Shown: positions 10,601-19,815, counted from the first letter of the stretch. The stretch is 64,000 nt of DNA from an uncultured delta proteobacterium (GCA_963729715.1 CAVSPA010000005.1:1-64000); one strand, 5' to 3'. Numbers and translations: made by a program. The notes: generated by a model not told the origin, from the letters alone.

Positions 10601-12276
10601 TTTGTTGTTCAAGACACAATCGCAAACGATCGCGGTAATCGTATGACTTTTGCCGGTTCCAGGTGGGCCCTCTACTGTAACATAGTTGCAGTTAGGGCGC
10701 TTTATCGCCATCAAAATTTGGCGCTGTTCTTCGTTGAGTGGAATCGGTGATTCAAAAACAAGTTTTTCGCCCGTATCGAGCCCATCCCATTCTTCCTCTA
10801 CGCGCGAAATGGATGACTCCGGGTCTTTGTGGATGAAGTCTTCAATGATTTTCTGGAAGGCCTTAGCTAATTCGCTATCTTCCTCATTGAGAAGGCGAAG
10901 AATTTCCTCATAGTCATTTACCAGTGCTTCATCAGACTTGTCAAACAGTGCCAGGTAACATGTATTCGAAATTCGCACATGCAAGCTCTTAGCCGTTTGT
11001 GACGAATTGTCGACCAAATTAATGTTTGTATCGCACCCGAAGAAACCGATCATCTCCGAGAGGATTTCGGCCATGAGTGCATTGAAGTCATCCCCATGGT
11101 TGCCGAGATAGATTATCCTCTCCTTGACGGTTCTGAGAGCACCAATCTTGCCAGTCTTGTTGCGATATTCCTGGACTATAAATTCGACGGCCTTTTTGTT
11201 AACATAGGCATGTGCATCGAACTCAACAGCAAAGCTATCTCCTTGCCTTTGGAAGTCAACCGGGATATAGAATATAGGGTATTTAACTCCGCTGAAGGTG
11301 ATATCGCAGAAGTAAAGATATAGTTCCTGTGTTTCAAGGATGTTCTTGTTTCTGACAATCTCGAATATCTCGTTGAAAAGGTCAGTGACTTGGTAGTTCT
11401 CGAAAAAAGATAATAAAGTGTTTTTAATTTCGTAACTATCAAGGACCATCTTGAGTTCATCTATTGCTTCAGGCATTTCTCCTGCAATCAGTTGCTTGGT
11501 GATATTGGAGATCTTGCTTTCAATTCCTCTGACGAGAATCGAGGTGAGTTCCTCCTCCATGAGGTAAATGCTGTTTTCGTCACCGATGCCGGCGCTTTCC
11601 AACGATTTTGAGATGCTGCCTATGAATGGAGAAACCAATACAGCCTGAATGGTTTTTGCCGTTTCCTCTAATGCAGTTGTCAGAGCCTTATCGAACTCAT
11701 CCTTGTAAGACAGTGCATAGTTCTCGACAATGTTTGCGATTTTTTTGGCAAGCTCGTCGGTTTTTTCAGTACCGACGTTCTTCATTTGGTATTTGATGAG
11801 ATCAATGAGGTTGGTGGATATGCTAGACTTATATAGTCCTTTCGGGATCTGTTTCAGCGTTTTACTGCCAAAAGAATTACCAATCGATTTCCATATAGCG
11901 TCCTTGAAACTGGGGTACTTGTCAAGCCTGATACCAACCAGTAGGTTATCTTCGTTTCTCTGCTTTATGGTCCTCCTGGGATTCTTCCTCTTGTGAAAGT
12001 CCGTCTCCAGGAAGTCCATAAAATATTTAGCAACTTCCTTAAGATATATCAGACCATTGTTATGCATAGATACCTCTGAGAAACAATCTTAAAGCCTAAA
12101 CATTATTTACTGTTAGTGCATTAGTTTCCCAAAATGCAAAACCATGCATTCGCCCGGCTATCTTTAATATACCAGTGATCAATATCATAAATAACAAGGA
12201 AATGACATGGTTGATATAGATTGAAGCCAAACATTTTTTACGAAAATGACGATTAAAAATAACCATACTTGTTTAT

Positions 12277-12314
12277 CCCTAGGACTGCCTCGCTGGTAGA
12301 AGCAGTCCTTAGGG
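12277..12314 (-). terminator. Hairpin downstream of the HNH gene, possible terminator
   Basis: CCCTAGGACTGC...GCAGTCCTTAGGG inverted repeat. Confidence 0.45.
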
Positions 12315-12328
12315 AATTATACGAGAAT

Positions 12329-12544
12329 TTAGCTTTTCCCAGCGCCGTAACTAGGAGTGTTCCGATGACACCCCTGGCACATTGCCACAACGTTGCTGAG
12401 CGAGTATGGTCCCCCGGCAGTGATTCGGTGGATCTCCCATTCGCCACGCAACATCGCCGAGCATCGCCCACTATGGCCGCAGGTTTTCATTTTGCATTCA
12501 CATTTACCTCCAGCACGGTTATAAACATCGTCGCGGAAAGCCAT
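12329..12544 (-). CDS. Small stand-alone HNH-like endonuclease (71 aa)
   Basis: RAGGKCEC...WEIHRITAGGPYSLSNVVAMCQGCH. RBS GGAGGTG before ATG at 12544, which is shorter than the track ORF. Confidence 0.7.
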   Translation of the reverse strand: MAFRDDVYNRAGGKCECKMKTCGHSGRCSAMLRGEWEIHRITAGGPYSLSNVVAMCQGCHRNTPSYGAGKS

Positions 12545-12642
12545 AATATCACCTCCTTTCATTTGGAATTTAACTGCGCATTCAATGTCAGGCTGCTCCA
12601 ATACATCAGGCCTTGATATTCTGCTGCAGTCACATCTCCCCT

Positions 12643-12948
12643 TTATCTATTGTAATATTTATTATGATATTGTATGGTTTCATTATCATATCGCCCTGTT
12701 CCGTCGTAATAAGGGCTCGTCGGATCGTGCCTGTAGTAATTGTGGCCTTCTTGCCTGGTATAAGGATTTATATTTCCTTTGAAGCTGTAGTTATCGGTGA
12801 CAGTGTGATTTGGGTGGCTTCTGTAATATGGTTCAACATAAGTTCCATTAGTACCGTAGTACCCATTTACTCTATCAGCCCAAGCCTTCTCACAAATGAA
12901 AGTAAAGGCCAAACACGATGCGATGATTATCAACATTGCTTTTTTCAT
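12643..12948 (-). CDS. Small secreted Tyr/Asn/Gly-rich protein
   Basis: Signal peptide ending AWA, then VNGYYGTNGTYVEPYYRSHPN...DNYSFKGNINPYT, a motif common in small mobile-element-borne exported proteins. Confidence 0.75.
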   Translation of the reverse strand: MKKAMLIIIASCLAFTFICEKAWADRVNGYYGTNGTYVEPYYRSHPNHTVTDNYSFKGNINPYTRQEGHNYYRHDPTSPYYDGTGRYDNETIQYHNKYYNR

Positions 12949-13045
12949 TTCCCCTTTCTCCTTTCGAAAACTGGATTTTAGTTGCCTTTATTTATTAAAA
13001 CGGAATTGGCAAAAGAAACCGGACACATTTTAGAAAAATTTCATC

Positions 13046-13687
13046 ATGGATGCTGAGACAGAAGTCCTCATAGACCAATGTAAACTTGGCGATTCTGAAG
13101 CTCTCCATAAGCTTTTGGCACGTTATCAGGGAAAGATTCTCAGGATTGTACGCCTGAGGTTGGACAATAAGACCAGGAATTTATTAAAAATGCAGTCAAT
13201 GGATGTTCTGCAGGAAGTCTTCATCACAGCATTCCGCAATATTCATGATTTTAAGTCCATGAGCAAAGGTTCCTTTTGCCACTGGTTAGGTAAAATTGTT
13301 GAAAATCGGATCAAGGATCTTCTTGATCATGCGCTGGCTCAGAAAAGAACTGCTCCAGGTGGAGAACAGTCGTTAGACGAGATACATGAGATGGGTTCAG
13401 ATGATGGTTTAAGACTAGTCGATATTATACGTGCTACAAATACTTCTCCAACGCAATATCTCCTTAGGCGAAATATTGCTTCAGCTATTGATGGCATCAT
13501 GTTGAAGCTGGATGGTCACGAGCGAGAAATAATAATTCAACATAAATATGAAGAATTAACATTTCGCGAGATAGCCGAGATGTCGCAAAAAAAAGAAGAC
13601 GCTGTAAGAAAACAATTCAATCGTGCTTTTATAAAACTTATGTCATTCGCAGATAAGGACCCAACACTTCAAGAGCTTCATCAATGA
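13046..13687 (+). CDS. ECF-type sigma-70 factor
   Basis: GDSEALHKLLARY, DVLQEVF, FCHWLGKIVEN (sigma2); LTFREIAEM...AVRKQFNRA (sigma4). Stop overlaps the kinase start (ATGA). Confidence 0.9.
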   Translation: MDAETEVLIDQCKLGDSEALHKLLARYQGKILRIVRLRLDNKTRNLLKMQSMDVLQEVFITAFRNIHDFKSMSKGSFCHWLGKIVENRIKDLLDHALAQKRTAPGGEQSLDEIHEMGSDDGLRLVDIIRATNTSPTQYLLRRNIASAIDGIMLKLDGHEREIIIQHKYEELTFREIAEMSQKKEDAVRKQFNRAFIKLMSFADKDPTLQELHQ

Positions 13688-15513
13688 TAGGAATACAAAA
13701 TTTACAAGAAGACGTCATAGACGAATTCGTAGAAAAATGCCTTTCTATGGATGATTCAAATGTCTTGAAGGAATACTGTGACAAATACCCTTCATGGGAA
13801 AAGGTCTTTGAACAAAAATACAACCTCATTAAATTGTTAAATGACAATTTCGATGTTGAGAATCTTATAGGAAAGAAGATAGGAGATTATGTAATTCACG
13901 AAGAAATAGGTCGCGGTGGGATGGGCATAGTTTACCTTGCCTGGCAAGTCTCACTCGAAAGATTTGCGGCCTTGAAGATTCTGCCTTTTGGCTTGTCCTT
14001 TGACTCGGGATTACTCACCCGCTTTCAGAGGGAAGCAAAAATCATTGCCAGATTTGCCCACCCAAATATTGTCCCTATTTATTCCTATGGTGAAGAAAAG
14101 GGCACTTATTACATTGCAATGGCCTTTGTTCCCGGACTTTCCCTAAATAAAATCATAGCTGGCCTAAAAAGAATACCACCGGCCCAAGTCAACACTGAAC
14201 GTGTCAGGGATATCATCCAGACTCATGGAGATTTCATCAGGCTTAAATCAGATTTCACAGGAGATGGTTCACAGGATTCCATCATCGTCAAGCGCGACGC
14301 ATCTTTTTGGAATATGCCTTACCCTAGATTTGTCTTTTCGATGTTCGCAGAAATATTGGATGCAATCACATACGCCCACAAGAACAACATTTTCCATGGC
14401 GATATCAAGCCTTCGAACATAATGCTTACGGCGGAAGGTATTCCCGTGCTCGTAGATTTTGGACTGGCAAGAGATATCAAAGCACTTGTCACCACACAGT
14501 CGAGTGATTTTCTCGGCACAATAGCCTATTCTGCACCGGAACAAATTCAATCCAACCGAATTGATCATTATACAGATGTCTGGTCATTAGGGGTTACTCT
14601 GTACGAATTGCTGAGTCTGAAGCATCCCTTCTATATAGAAAGTTTATCTAAATCGATATCTAATATTATCCATGAAGATCCTCCCCTGATCCGCAGTCAA
14701 AATAAGAATGTTCCAAAAGACGCAGACGCTGTTGTCATGAGGTGCTTAGAGAAAAAGCCCGAAAAGCGCTATGTCAGCGCAGAACTCTTGAAAAGGGATG
14801 TGATAAATTTTCTTGATGCGAAACCGGTCAGTGCAAAACCTGTCGGGGTAATTGGCAAATTCTTAAAGTGGATTAAAAGAAATCTCGTCATCTCTATATT
14901 AATTTTTGGTTTGCTCTTTGCCGGAGCGTTAAGCTCGTTCTTGTACCTTAGGAATACAGTTGAGAATTTAATAAATGAGGGATCCGTCTTTTATGACCAT
15001 GGCAATTACATCGAATCCGAGAAAAAATACGAACACGCCCTTTGGTATGTGAATATGTTTCCATATTCTGAACAGCGCCAAAAAAATGTTCTAAGCAAAC
15101 TCGGTGACGTATCTTTAGCAAAAGGGAACTATGAAGAAGCCAGAAAATACTATGAAAGGATCCTTGAAATAGACCATTCTTATACCTCGGCCCTTTCGGG
15201 CTTAGGACAGGTTCATTTAGAAATGGGGCATTATGAAGATGCAATAAGATATTATAACCAGGCGATCCCTTTATCTCCGATGGATAGAGATGCCCGCTAC
15301 GAACTCGGATTGGCCTATGAATATGCAAAGCGATACGGGGAAGCAATCAAGAGTCTTCAAGCTGCGCTTAGGATTGGCCCAAGAGATGAAGGGGTGCTGA
15401 AGGAAATAAATTTTGTGCTGAATGAATTACACATTTCAAACGCGTCAAAAAAAAGAAGGTATTTGGAGAAAACCGGCTTTTCTGAACAGGAAATTGAGTC
15501 CATACTAAAGTGA
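13684..15513 (+). CDS. Hanks-type Ser/Thr kinase with one TM helix and C-terminal TPR repeats
   Basis: IGRGGMGIVY, ALK, HGDIKPSNI, DFGLA, GTIAYSAPEQ, DVWSLG; TM at ~aa 402-422; TPR-like repeats. Confidence 0.93.
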   Translation: MIGIQNLQEDVIDEFVEKCLSMDDSNVLKEYCDKYPSWEKVFEQKYNLIKLLNDNFDVENLIGKKIGDYVIHEEIGRGGMGIVYLAWQVSLERFAALKILPFGLSFDSGLLTRFQREAKIIARFAHPNIVPIYSYGEEKGTYYIAMAFVPGLSLNKIIAGLKRIPPAQVNTERVRDIIQTHGDFIRLKSDFTGDGSQDSIIVKRDASFWNMPYPRFVFSMFAEILDAITYAHKNNIFHGDIKPSNIMLTAEGIPVLVDFGLARDIKALVTTQSSDFLGTIAYSAPEQIQSNRIDHYTDVWSLGVTLYELLSLKHPFYIESLSKSISNIIHEDPPLIRSQNKNVPKDADAVVMRCLEKKPEKRYVSAELLKRDVINFLDAKPVSAKPVGVIGKFLKWIKRNLVISILIFGLLFAGALSSFLYLRNTVENLINEGSVFYDHGNYIESEKKYEHALWYVNMFPYSEQRQKNVLSKLGDVSLAKGNYEEARKYYERILEIDHSYTSALSGLGQVHLEMGHYEDAIRYYNQAIPLSPMDRDARYELGLAYEYAKRYGEAIKSLQAALRIGPRDEGVLKEINFVLNELHISNASKKRRYLEKTGFSEQEIESILK

Positions 15514-15829
15514 TCCAAAGATATTCATTGAGGGCTTCATACATATTAAGGATACATGCTCGTTTCAGCCGCTATATTTAAGAAAATATTTTTAGTACTT
15601 CATACATTATCTAAAAAATTTCTGTTTCTCGCGTCATCAATGCCTGATTCTCGAATATAGTTTCTTGTGACTTCCATAACCGATACTAATACACATACAT
15701 TTCAGATTAAAATTCCGGAAGCTTGTATTACCGAACATATTACTTACCAAATGGGTGTGACTGTGGAGAGAAAGTAACGAAAAGCAAACTTGGGAGATAA
15801 GAAATATTTGTAACGATATTGAAATTAGT

Positions 15830-15944
15830 TGTGAGAATCTGTGAACTGATCAGAGATATCTGTGACTTAATTATGACCTATTTGTGCACTGAATGTACCC
15901 CGAATGAGCATGACTTGTGCTGTAGTCATGGATAGACTGTGACG
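15830..15944. repeat. Helically phased degenerate TGTGA-like array (about 11-bp period)
   Basis: Motif starts at 15830, 15840, 15861, 15872, 15883, 15894, 15905, 15916 and 15938. Confidence 0.55.
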
Positions 15945-16011
15945 CTATAAGAAAATTTATTATTATATGTGTTCACCTGAATCTTCTTTGCTTCGAAGTC
16001 CTTCACTTCGT

Positions 16012-16093
16012 CCGCTGCCAAGAACCTACAGCGACCTTCGTTCGTGTTGAATCCTCTATGAGAGCTCCACCCGCTGCCAAGAACTTGCAGCGA
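16012..16093. repeat. Two direct repeats, each a hairpin: CCGCTGCCAAGAACYTRCAGCGA
   Basis: Copies at 16012-16034 and 16071-16093. The second is enclosed by TGAGAGC/GCTCTCA. Confidence 0.75.
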
Positions 16094-16495
16094 GTTACGC
16101 TCTCACCCTTGAAATTTTATGAAACCCTTTGACCTGCAACTCCAGAAATAAAACCGTGAGGACAGCTTAATATTATCTTAAACAATGCCCGCCAGGGAAA
16201 CCCTGGAACCCTACCTGACAGAAGTTTGAATTTATATTATTATTATATATAGTATACCTCTTCACCACTATTTCACATGTCCGACAAGAAGAACCCGCTA
16301 AATTTCATAAGTCTTTGTAATTATTCAGTATCACGTAAATTCGGAAATTTATATTATATAATAGTAATAGCATTCACATTTATATCACTATTTCTCTGTT
16401 TCAAGGCAGAAGTTGGTGACGTATAACTCACTTGTGTGAGTAAAAATAACGGGGAAAAGTTGTAAAAATTGTATCCGGGAAGTAACGCAGCAGGG

Positions 16496-16530
16496 CAAAA
16501 AAGCCTGGAGGAAATTTCATTCCAGGCTTT
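16496..16530 (-). terminator. Rho-independent terminator of the xis-HD operon
   Basis: AAAGCCTGGA...TCCAGGCTTT stem followed by a T-run on the minus strand, just after the stop at 16548. Confidence 0.75.
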
Positions 16531-16547
16531 CATCTTTATGAGAGAGG

Positions 16548-17750
16548 TCACCAATCATCAGACCAATGATCCTCATTCTTCCCATACCGCGGTTTCAACC
16601 AGTGTATCGTCCTGATCCAGCCCTGCCGTCTACGCCAGAATATTTCAGGCTGGGTCTTGAAATGCATTACGGGGATTGGAACCAACAGAGGTGTATAGGT
16701 TCTGTGAGGATCCAGCGAGGAGCGTAAGACGTATGGTCTGCCAAAGGGATACTTCTCCAGATCGTAGTCAGGACTCAGCAACCTTCTCTCATGCAAAATC
16801 TTGATAATTTCCTTTGTTGCCTCCCATGTGGCGTAGCCGTTTTTGTACTCAAACAGGAAGTCAGCTACCATCCATTTTTCTTTGTACACTTGCTTTGCCA
16901 TTTTATAGAGGGAATAAGGATAGACATACACCATATCCCCCCGGGAGAACGCATGGATTTTAGACTTGCCATTCTTTGTTTTTTTGCCGCTGTAATCCAT
17001 TATGTTAACCCATCTCTCTATCTTATCGATCAGGTCCTGACCCTGAAGCCACTTGGAGCAAGGTAATAGAACGTAGGGCCCGTATTCCTCTGTTGTGTTT
17101 AGATCCTTTTCTAGCTCGCTGCCGCGGGCCCTGATATCCGCCTGTCTTAAACAGTTCACTATTTTTTCATCCTCTATTATGCCTCCGTGATGCAGGCGGA
17201 TGGCCTCCAATATTTTGGTATTTTCCAGCCACTCGACGGGAGTGTTAGTTCTTTTGAATATTTCTACAAGTGCGTTGGCGCTTGTATCCGCATGCTGATA
17301 ACGGTTACGGTCCTCGATACCACGGTTCTCATTGTACCGCGGCAGCTTCCCAATATCGTGGGCGAGGCCAGCAATGATATTGAGTGGGATTCCGGCTCTG
17401 TACTCAAGATCATAACCTCGATTGGCTGTATATTCCCCGTGGATCTTAATCATATTTCGTGCAACCCGTACCGCATGCGAGTTGAGGCTAACCCTTGCCA
17501 GGCGCTCAGCCGTTTTCCCGCTCATGGTTTCTTCCCCAACCCTGGCAGACGGGTAATCACCCTCTTTCGCCAGGATGTCCAGAAGCGCACAGAGCGGACG
17601 GAAGGTCCCGCTGCCATTGAACTGTCGGATATACACTTTTATATAAGATTCCCACAAAGACCGGTGCAGCGAGTTCGTGGGGTAATACTCAAAATCCCCT
17701 ATTTTGACTCCGCCGGATTTTATTATCACTTCATCTTCTTTGTATCTCAT
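16548..17750 (-). CDS. HD-domain protein with a ~180-aa C-terminal extension (possible relaxase-like nuclease)
   Basis: SHAVRV...AHDIGK...QHADTS...LHHG...QADIRAR. ATG at 17750 overlaps the upstream stop (ATGA). Confidence 0.75.
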   Translation of the reverse strand: MRYKEDEVIIKSGGVKIGDFEYYPTNSLHRSLWESYIKVYIRQFNGSGTFRPLCALLDILAKEGDYPSARVGEETMSGKTAERLARVSLNSHAVRVARNMIKIHGEYTANRGYDLEYRAGIPLNIIAGLAHDIGKLPRYNENRGIEDRNRYQHADTSANALVEIFKRTNTPVEWLENTKILEAIRLHHGGIIEDEKIVNCLRQADIRARGSELEKDLNTTEEYGPYVLLPCSKWLQGQDLIDKIERWVNIMDYSGKKTKNGKSKIHAFSRGDMVYVYPYSLYKMAKQVYKEKWMVADFLFEYKNGYATWEATKEIIKILHERRLLSPDYDLEKYPFGRPYVLRSSLDPHRTYTPLLVPIPVMHFKTQPEIFWRRRQGWIRTIHWLKPRYGKNEDHWSDDW

Positions 17751-18334
17751 ATTGAACCACTTCCTGTTGCTTTCCAAAGTTCGTCTTGACGAGCCTCTCG
17801 GTCGGCTTTACATAGCCATGCAGTCAGCCTGTCATCCCCGATCGAGGCGTGATGATGCCTGATAGCCCTCAGAAGCATCAATTTCCATGGCGGGTCGGCA
17901 TTATATTTATCCAACATGTTTAAGATGATATCGGCGCTTACCTCGGGGTGCCGGAACCTGCTCTGCCATGATGTTACGAATTTGGGTATCTTTCCAAGGT
18001 CGTGGCCCAGGCCTGCAAATAGAATCAGCGGGATGCAAAATCTGAAGTCGAGATCATGATGATAATACCTCCTGTATTGAGTTGCTAAATTCTCCGTGAC
18101 ATTGATTGAGTGCTGTAACAGCGTGACCGTACTCAAGGCTTTGGCTATGTCGTTAGCATACTTTTTAAGAACTACGGACGGGCAGTCGCCCTCGTTGGCA
18201 AGCAGATCCAGCAGATCACACAAAGCGGGGAAAACCCCGGGATCCACGAAACGACAACCACCATACGGTTTCATATACTTGCTATAGAGCGGCACAAATA
18301 CAGCAGGAAGTTTATATTCTTTATCCGTGCTCAT
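17747..18334 (-). CDS. HD-domain protein, paralogue of the downstream gene
   Basis: QHSINV...GHDLGK...RHPEVS...RHHH...KADREAR; shares LLD(L/I)LAxEGDxPS with its neighbour. Confidence 0.8.
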   Translation of the reverse strand: MSTDKEYKLPAVFVPLYSKYMKPYGGCRFVDPGVFPALCDLLDLLANEGDCPSVVLKKYANDIAKALSTVTLLQHSINVTENLATQYRRYYHHDLDFRFCIPLILFAGLGHDLGKIPKFVTSWQSRFRHPEVSADIILNMLDKYNADPPWKLMLLRAIRHHHASIGDDRLTAWLCKADREARQDELWKATGSGSI

Positions 18335-18761
18335 TGACTATTCCTTCTTCTTTCGTTCCCTCGGTTTTTCGTCGTTCCCGCAGGCGGCGCATGCATTCCT
18401 TCTGCTTCACCTTCTTCATGAGTTTGTACAGCAGGTTTTGAGCCCATCCAGTTCTCGCTGAGTACTCAGCGGCAAGGCGTCTGGCTGTAAGTTTCCTTAA
18501 CTTCTCTGGGTCCTTTTCGTTCCGCAGCCGGCTTTCCGCCCACTTGATGGCCCGACCAAATTTGTTTTGATACTTTTCCTTTTCGGTGAAATTACCCTTC
18601 TGGATGTCTTTGACTATCTGTGCCAGGGCATCAAAGAGCTGTTTGTCATTTTTCAAATCATACAAAATCCCCTGGATGGTCCTCAGCTTGTATTCTGCCG
18701 GCAGCCCTTGGAGAAGTTGATTTATGTATTCCATCTTGCTTTCGATATCCACCTGAACCAT
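18321..18761 (-). CDS. Hypothetical basic helical protein
   Basis: 146 aa, tightly packed in the operon, with RBS (GGAGG). Confidence 0.6.
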   Translation of the reverse strand: MVQVDIESKMEYINQLLQGLPAEYKLRTIQGILYDLKNDKQLFDALAQIVKDIQKGNFTEKEKYQNKFGRAIKWAESRLRNEKDPEKLRKLTARRLAAEYSARTGWAQNLLYKLMKKVKQKECMRRLRERRKTEGTKEEGIVNEHG

Positions 18762-18763
18762 AC

Positions 18764-19150
18764 CTATGCCTCCTTTTCCATGTGATTCCTGCCAACGGAC
18801 TGTAAAAAAATTGATTCTGTGAGCTGAAACCTCAACTCAGCTACCTTGCTATTTCCTATTCCCACCCTCGCCGGGTTTTTCCCAAGGCGATATCGGTGGA
18901 TCATGCAGTCATCAGACTTACACTCTCGCACGAAATCCTTCCGCCCCCCCATGCACTCCAGGCAATATTGGCGGAGGACTTTGACACGAGGTCTTCTGTG
19001 ACCCAACCTGTACTGATAAAACGGACAAGGCTCCCCCGTCACAAAGACAATATGTCCTGTGCAGTCCTGGACATCCTCATTACGTTTGCTCTGGACGCAA
19101 TAATGGCACCAGGCATGCACTGTCTTTTTGGGTGTTGTTGTTTTTTTCAT
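18764..19150 (-). CDS. Cys-rich protein with an internally duplicated CxxC...C...C..YRLG module
   Basis: WCHYC...DC...CPFYQYRLG and YCLEC...EC...CMIHRYRLGKNP. Start at 19150 (MKKTT) or 19243. Confidence 0.65.
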   Translation of the reverse strand: MKKTTTPKKTVHAWCHYCVQSKRNEDVQDCTGHIVFVTGEPCPFYQYRLGHRRPRVKVLRQYCLECMGGRKDFVRECKSDDCMIHRYRLGKNPARVGIGNSKVAELRFQLTESIFLQSVGRNHMEKEA

Positions 19151-19232
19151 TCTTCCGCCTCTGGTTGATTCCGTTGGATATGAGAATAGTAATTGTTGCT
19201 TGATATGCACCAATGTTGAGGCAGCATCGAAT

Positions 19233-19403
19233 TTATCGGCCATTTTTATCTTTCTTAAAGATTATTGTGACGCGCTCCGGTGGTTCCGCTTTTCGCTCAA
19301 GGTAAAGGCCGCCAGAAATCGAACTATTCTTATCTCCGACGACGTAATGTTGCCGCCGCCCGGTGCAATTTTTGTCTCTAGTCGCCGTAATCTTAATTTC
19401 CAT
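19233..19403 (-). CDS. Small hypothetical protein (56 aa; below the ORF-track cutoff)
   Basis: RBS GGAGGT, then MEIKITATRDKNCTGRRQHYVVGDKNSSISGGLYLERKAEPPERVTIIFKKDKNGR*. Confidence 0.6.
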   Translation of the reverse strand: MEIKITATRDKNCTGRRQHYVVGDKNSSISGGLYLERKAEPPERVTIIFKKDKNGR

Positions 19404-19486
19404 GTTTTACCTCCTATTGACCTAGTTATTCGTTTCCGGGTTATTGCCCAGGACGTCTCGCTTTGTCGTCAAACTATGGGTATGGT

Positions 19487-19705
19487 TTATGCGTTCTCTC
19501 GTTCGCACGAAGACAAAAATTCCAACACCCCCTCCACGGGGTAAAGGCATTTCCGCCCGATCATTGTGCGCCGAGGCCCTCTCCCCTGTACAGCCCAGCA
19601 CGCAAGCGTCTGCCTGGCCACACCTAGCTCAGCTGCTAACCGACTCCGGCTGAAGTACCGTCGCCCCGCAATTTCAATGTCCGCTTTGATTATGTTGTCT
19701 TCCAT
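19487..19705 (-). CDS. Excisionase/AlpA-like HTH protein
   Basis: LAAELGVARQTLACWAVQGRGP...IGRKCLYPVEGVLEFL; RBS AAGGAGG. Confidence 0.8.
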   Translation of the reverse strand: MEDNIIKADIEIAGRRYFSRSRLAAELGVARQTLACWAVQGRGPRRTMIGRKCLYPVEGVLEFLSSCERENA

Positions 19706-19743
19706 TTCTTCCTCCTTCTTTTTTGTTGGATTCTTTTTGCATG

Positions 19744-19815
19744 TATGATATAATGCAACTTATTTTGTTGCATAATATCATAATAAAATTAAATTGCAAC
19801 AATTATTTGTTGCAT
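19744..19815. promoter_or_regulatory. Two palindromic operators between the divergent xis-like and repressor genes
   Basis: TGCAAC-N7-GTTGCA (inside a 16-bp-arm IR at 19744-19782) and TGCAAC-N8-GTTGCA (19795-19814). Confidence 0.7.

Larger units (their letters stand above)
4948..12067 (-). pseudogene. SF1 (Upf1/DNA2-like) helicase + Vsr-like endonuclease + Zn ribbon + topoisomerase-type C4 Zn finger; one gene broken by a 1-nt frameshift (~8840) and by IS21
   Basis: EGPPGTGKS, IIDEASQ and LGDKKQ in 8828..12067. TFDTCQGEERD, RLNVGFSRAK, SPMEKEV, KVDFLL and IEYDGFKEH in 7756..8839. CPKC...GRYGKFYGCSKYPMC in 4948..5182. Removing the IS and one TSD copy and adding 1 nt gives a 1513-aa frame. Confidence 0.88.

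Noticed and set aside
2504..12950. Integron cassette array (co-oriented accessory genes)
   Set aside because: No attC-like sites between the genes and no IntI-type integrase.
16548..18334. HD proteins as Cas3-HD of a CRISPR system
   Set aside because: No array, Cas3 helicase or Cascade genes in the window, and the context is an integrative element.
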